From positions 620,001 to 684,000 of the forward strand of contig CBFDEM010000057.1 in assembly GCA_965603825.1 (NCBI GenBank): DNA of 64,000 nucleotides. The letters run 5' to 3'. The translations under genes and the position numbers were made by a program. Shown piece by piece: positions 60,185 through 64,000 of the stretch (position 1 is the stretch's first letter; every line of letters starts with the position of its first letter). Under the pieces are notes generated by a model. That model was given only the letters and a program-made list of their open reading frames with translations. It was not told the origin of the DNA and searched no databases. This stretch comes from Blepharisma stoltei ATCC 30299. Taxonomy: Eukaryota; Protista; Ciliophora.

Positions 60185-62056
60185 ATGAGCCTTAAAGTCG
60201 AAAAACTTAGGATTATTAAGGATATAGAAGGGAGACTTAATGATGAAACCTCAAATATCACTTACCTTAAAGCTACCTTTATGCAAACACTTCAACAAAA
60301 AGCTACAGAGAATAGAGACGTTCGGTTCAGCGAACTTTTATATGACGAAAGTCTAGATTTAATTAAAAACACCATTGAAGAAATTCGAAAAAATCCAATT
60401 TCTAAAGAATTCAATAGCCAAGTAAAAAGAATTTATAATTACCGTATAAAGGAAGCTAGACAAGATACCCTTTTTGAAGTAACTGAGTCTCCTTGGATTT
60501 TGCATTCAGAATGTGTAGGAAACATTTTGGAATTTAATTCAGTCCAGCAAGACCTACTTAAGCCATTTCATAATAAAGCACTCCAAAAGCATTTAAGAAA
60601 AAATATATGAAGAGCTCTACTCACCTACCCAAAAGCTGAAGAAGAATATTTTAACCTTTTCAAAGAAAATAGATGAAAAACAATATCAAGGAATGAAGTC
60701 GAAATAACCAAAAAAAGCGTAGATTTACTGTCAGAACATTGTCCTGCTTTAGCATTTAATGATAAAGTTGTTATGGCAATGAAAGTTCTGTTAAGCTATA
60801 TGGAAAAAGTTGTGGAAAGAAGGCTGCCAGAATTTATTTATTATTTAATGCTCCCTATCATGTATACCTTACCAGACTTAGCATCAAATTTGCCTAAAAT
60901 GGTTGGCATTGGCATGAAAATTTTTGAAATACAGACTACAGTCTGAACTAGTGAAAAGGGGGAAGGGATTATTTTTGTGTTTTTAAACAGACTAAGAGAG
61001 GTAAATCCACAATTGGCAGAAAAATTCGAAAAAATGTGTGATATCAGGTTTCAAGAAAATAAAGAAAAACTTGAAAATTTTTTAAGACCATTTTTAAGCA
61101 GGCTTGGCTCTGGGTTTTTTAATATAGAAACAACGTGCTTTGTGTACGATCAGCTGATTATGAAGAACTCAGTGGATTTAATGTATTATTTTTTAGCAAT
61201 TGCACTGCATTCTATGAGTGATAGAATTCTGGGACTTGAGCATTGGGATGATTTTGTGGAGATGTTTTATAAAGAAATGAGGAGGATTAGAGTGGAACAA
61301 TTAGAAGCTTTGACGAATTTAATACCAAATGGGGAAGTTATTGAAGAAAAAGCTGTGATTCCAAGTGAATTAAAAGGACAAGAATATTTGAATTTTGTAG
61401 TAAAGTCAATTGTTTTGGCATCAAAAGATAAAAAAGATAGGATAGATGATATGGGAGAATTGATTTCTACAAGGAGAGTTTTAGCTGATGATCCAGTCAC
61501 AGGACTTATGCACCAAAAACTTCTGAAAGGCAACCTAATGGAAAACATGATTAATTCAAGAAGGGAAACCCCTCTTCCTCGTTTAGAAGGAACTTTGCTT
61601 GATATGACAAGAGAAAGCTTCAGACCGCATATAGCTGAAAATAGGTCAATTGATGACAGTTTTAATAAATCAAGAGCACCAGATAGGCTATTAATGCCTG
61701 AAAAGCTATTAGAACCAAGAAGCAGAGGTGAAAAAACAAATAACCCACTTTTGATATCTGATATGAATGAGTCATCAATTCATGAAAATAGTCAAGATAG
61801 GAAGTTTGATAAAGGGGAAGCAAAATCTATGCAAAATGCGCTAGATAAGTCAGCTGTGTCTGAAAAACTGACGAAATCAATGAATGATGGCGTGAATAAA
61901 TCAAAAGACCCAGCGAATAAACAGAAGCACAATAAAACAGTTATCTTTCAGTCTTCGCAGCCTCCGCCTGATAATTCATATTTGAAAAATGGTATATTTT
62001 GCATTCCAGATTTAGATAATCTTAAACCTGGACTATTTGACAAGTTTATAGATTAA
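60185..62056 (+). CDS. Divergent TBC/Rab-GAP-like domain protein, 623 aa
   Basis: LRKNIW(TGA)RALL, LREVNPQLAEKF, FFNIETTCFVYDQLIM..FLAIAL resemble the TBC fold. ORFs 60176 and 60977 are in frame via three TGA codons. Confidence 0.7.
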
Positions 62057-62331
62057 AAAATTTCATTTATAGATAATCAAATTTTTAAAAGAAGAGGCGA
62101 GATCTCATTTTCTGCTAAAATTTAAGCCAAGTTAAAATAAATAATAATTATTTTATATACAAAAAATAATTTTACAATTAAAATGTTTGAACCCCAACTG
62201 TGGCTTTTAGTTAATCATTTTTAAATCATAAATAAATTTGTTATGTTCCAACAGAATTTTCGCATATCTTATTTAAAGGATTTTTATTTATTATTACTGC
62301 TTCAAATAGATCATAAATTATAACAATATAA

Positions 62332-62730
62332 ATGTCAAGCATATTCGAGCACTTTCAGTCAAAGCTTAAAGAGAGAGGCATTACTTCTCAAAATTTACTT
62401 CGTGCAACTTATATTTTCGTTGGCTTAAACGTGGTGTGAATTGGAACTCTGTGAACTTTTTGTTTTATTGTTAGTCCAACCAAAAATATAGTAAGTAAGC
62501 TACCTTGGCAATTTGTTAAAAATGCGTTTGCAAAGGTTGAATATAAAGCAAATGCTCAGAAACACCCTAAACGTCTTCCAGAAGAGAAAAGAGGAAGGCT
62601 TAGTATCTCGTTTGTAGAGATGCTTGTAATGAAAGGATTATTAGGACCAGTGGCATTGCCCATAAAATTATGGCTTGCAATTAAATTGACTAATTTTTCC
62701 CAGACTGCACCTCCCAATTCTACACAATAG
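62332..62730 (+). CDS. Small membrane protein (132 aa) absent from the ORF track
   Basis: ATG 62332..TAG 62728-62730, open if two TGA are Trp: MSSIFEHFQSKLKERG..YIFVGLNVVWIGTLWTFCFIVSP..SFVEMLVMKGLLGPVALPIKLWLAI. Confidence 0.75.
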
Positions 62731-63149
62731 CTAAATAGATAATCCCATTTAAAGAAATAATACCTATATAGAATTGATATAAAGTATTTTGCAATTAAGC
62801 CAAAATTTTATTTAATTTTTGGTTGTTATCATTCAATATATAATAGACCAACCTTCCTTTCAGCAAAATCTGAATTTTTTAATTAATTTACAGCATTATT
62901 AAGTCGCTTAAAATCTCATTTCTTTCTTTTCTATTCATGGCTGGTATTATAAAATCAATGATAGATCCCATTTCATTATTCCTTTCTAATAATTTATTTG
63001 AGTTTTAATTTCTGATATCCTGCATAATTCTCTAGTATATAGACTAATTTTAAAATTTTATTTAAAAACGATGAATTAATTTTCAATTTTTAAATAAAAT
63101 AAATGAAGACTTTATTTTAACTTATCTGCATCAGTTATAAACTATTCTA

Positions 63150-64000
63150 TTATGCAAGCAAATAAACTATAATTAATGACGAAAAAAACATATATTTCGC
63201 ATGTGTGATTGTGGCAATAGTATCCCAATAAAACCCTGTAAATATGTCCTTAATACAATCGTCATTTCCTTGCAATTGTGGATAAAAATAAGTTCTGTAA
63301 TAATACAAAAACAATTCCTCAGAGTTCGGCTTATCCCAAAACTGTGAAATGCAATAACTAGATAGCCTTCTCACTGTATTACACCTATCAGACATTTCAC
63401 TGTTAATCCAATTAGTGATCACAGTTATCAAATGTGCATATATCAAATCTCCAGGAAATAGCGTGCAATAGCTGGCTCCTTCAGGGTTCATCCCACACAT
63501 ACAATCAGAATAAAAAACTCTATGGCTACTAGCCTCTGACGTACAATCCATATATGAATTGCATTTTCTCGGCAAGGCACTTTCATTAAAGGACTGGACT
63601 GGATCTATGCAGAGTCCTTGTCAGCACATCCCTCCTGCACAAAGTTCAGAAAATTGGCTAAAACATCTTGATGTGGACGCATTGGCTGGGAGAGAAAAAT
63701 ATTGTATGCATTCTCCTTCACTACAAGCAGCCCAGTTTACACATTCATAGTCTGACTTGCAGCCAGTTGCCCCAAGCTCTAGCTGCTTTACACATTTATT
63801 ATTGCTGCAATAAAGACCTGGGTTGCATTCTTCATCTAAGTTACAATCTTCTTTGAGTGCTTTTGATTGGCAGTAGCCTTCAAGGCATTCTCCGTATTTA
63901 CAGTGTTTTTTCTTATTGCAGGGTTCTCCAGGATACGAAAGCTCTTCTGGGAAAAGTGGGTTTGCGGTGCAATATGATACATCAGTGCCTGAATCACAAA
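63150..64000 (-). CDS. Cys-rich surface protein with a hydrophobic C-terminus (TM or GPI signal), 5' end beyond the window
   Basis: The frame is open from the window edge to TAA 63150, with one TGA. Repeated Cys motifs (PGEPC..C..GEC..GYC; ECNPGLYC; CMCGMN..YC..FPGD). Confidence 0.85.

Noticed and set aside
4695-62730. In-frame TGA as selenocysteine or as pseudogene stops
   Set aside because: TGA aligns with Trp, not Cys, in essential genes and occurs in most genes of the window.
63760-63780. Suspected frameshift in the Cys-rich surface gene
   Set aside because: Recounting the C-run (four C) shows the frame is intact.
451-63856. Many short ORF-track entries antisense to or overlapping real genes (e.g. 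897-1232, 11879-12184, 36107-36487, 55927-56304, 59017-59601)
   Set aside because: They are shadow frames of Lys/Glu-rich coding strands, with Phe/Ser/Leu-rich translations and no motifs.
1-64000. CRISPR arrays, transposases, terminal inverted repeats, telomeric repeats or retained IESs
   Set aside because: None were recognisable by eye. Short TA-bounded IESs cannot be excluded without germline versus somatic read comparison.

Overview
This is AT-rich, very gene-dense eukaryotic nuclear DNA with the hallmarks of a heterotrich ciliate macronuclear chromosome, most like Blepharisma (inferred, not searched). TGA is read as Trp: it sits at invariant Trp positions in kinases, PARN, ALG12, TTLL3, IQ motifs and others, while TAA and TAG end genes. 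Genes carry tiny 15-17 nt spliceosomal introns (GT...A-5 nt-end, closing in AG). The supplied standard-code ORF track therefore fragments most genes. Re-reading with UGA=Trp and the micro-introns gives about 33 protein genes, two tRNAs (Glu-CTC, Phe-GAA) and several pseudogene relics. Recognisable genes include striatin, PTAR1, ARS2/SERRATE, a SNF1-like kinase, DHX15, a Qc-SNARE, RPF1, PARN, ALG12, TTLL3, RPL28, INTS6, RAB1 and GBE1. The most striking hidden items are: (1) a single 846-aa ORF fusing a NRF-6/acyltransferase-3 multi-pass membrane domain with degenerate motifs to an unprenylated Rab7-like GTPase; (2) a putatively mitochondrial SAM-methyltransferase-helical-RAP fusion preceded by a decayed stand-alone copy of its methyltransferase; (3) a 17-nt intron that skips a TAG at the usual 15-nt position, suggesting the 3' splice site is measured from the branch A; and (4) strong gene-to-gene bias in UGA versus UGG use. 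No CRISPR arrays, recognisable transposons or telomeric repeats were seen. All family assignments come from motif recognition by eye.
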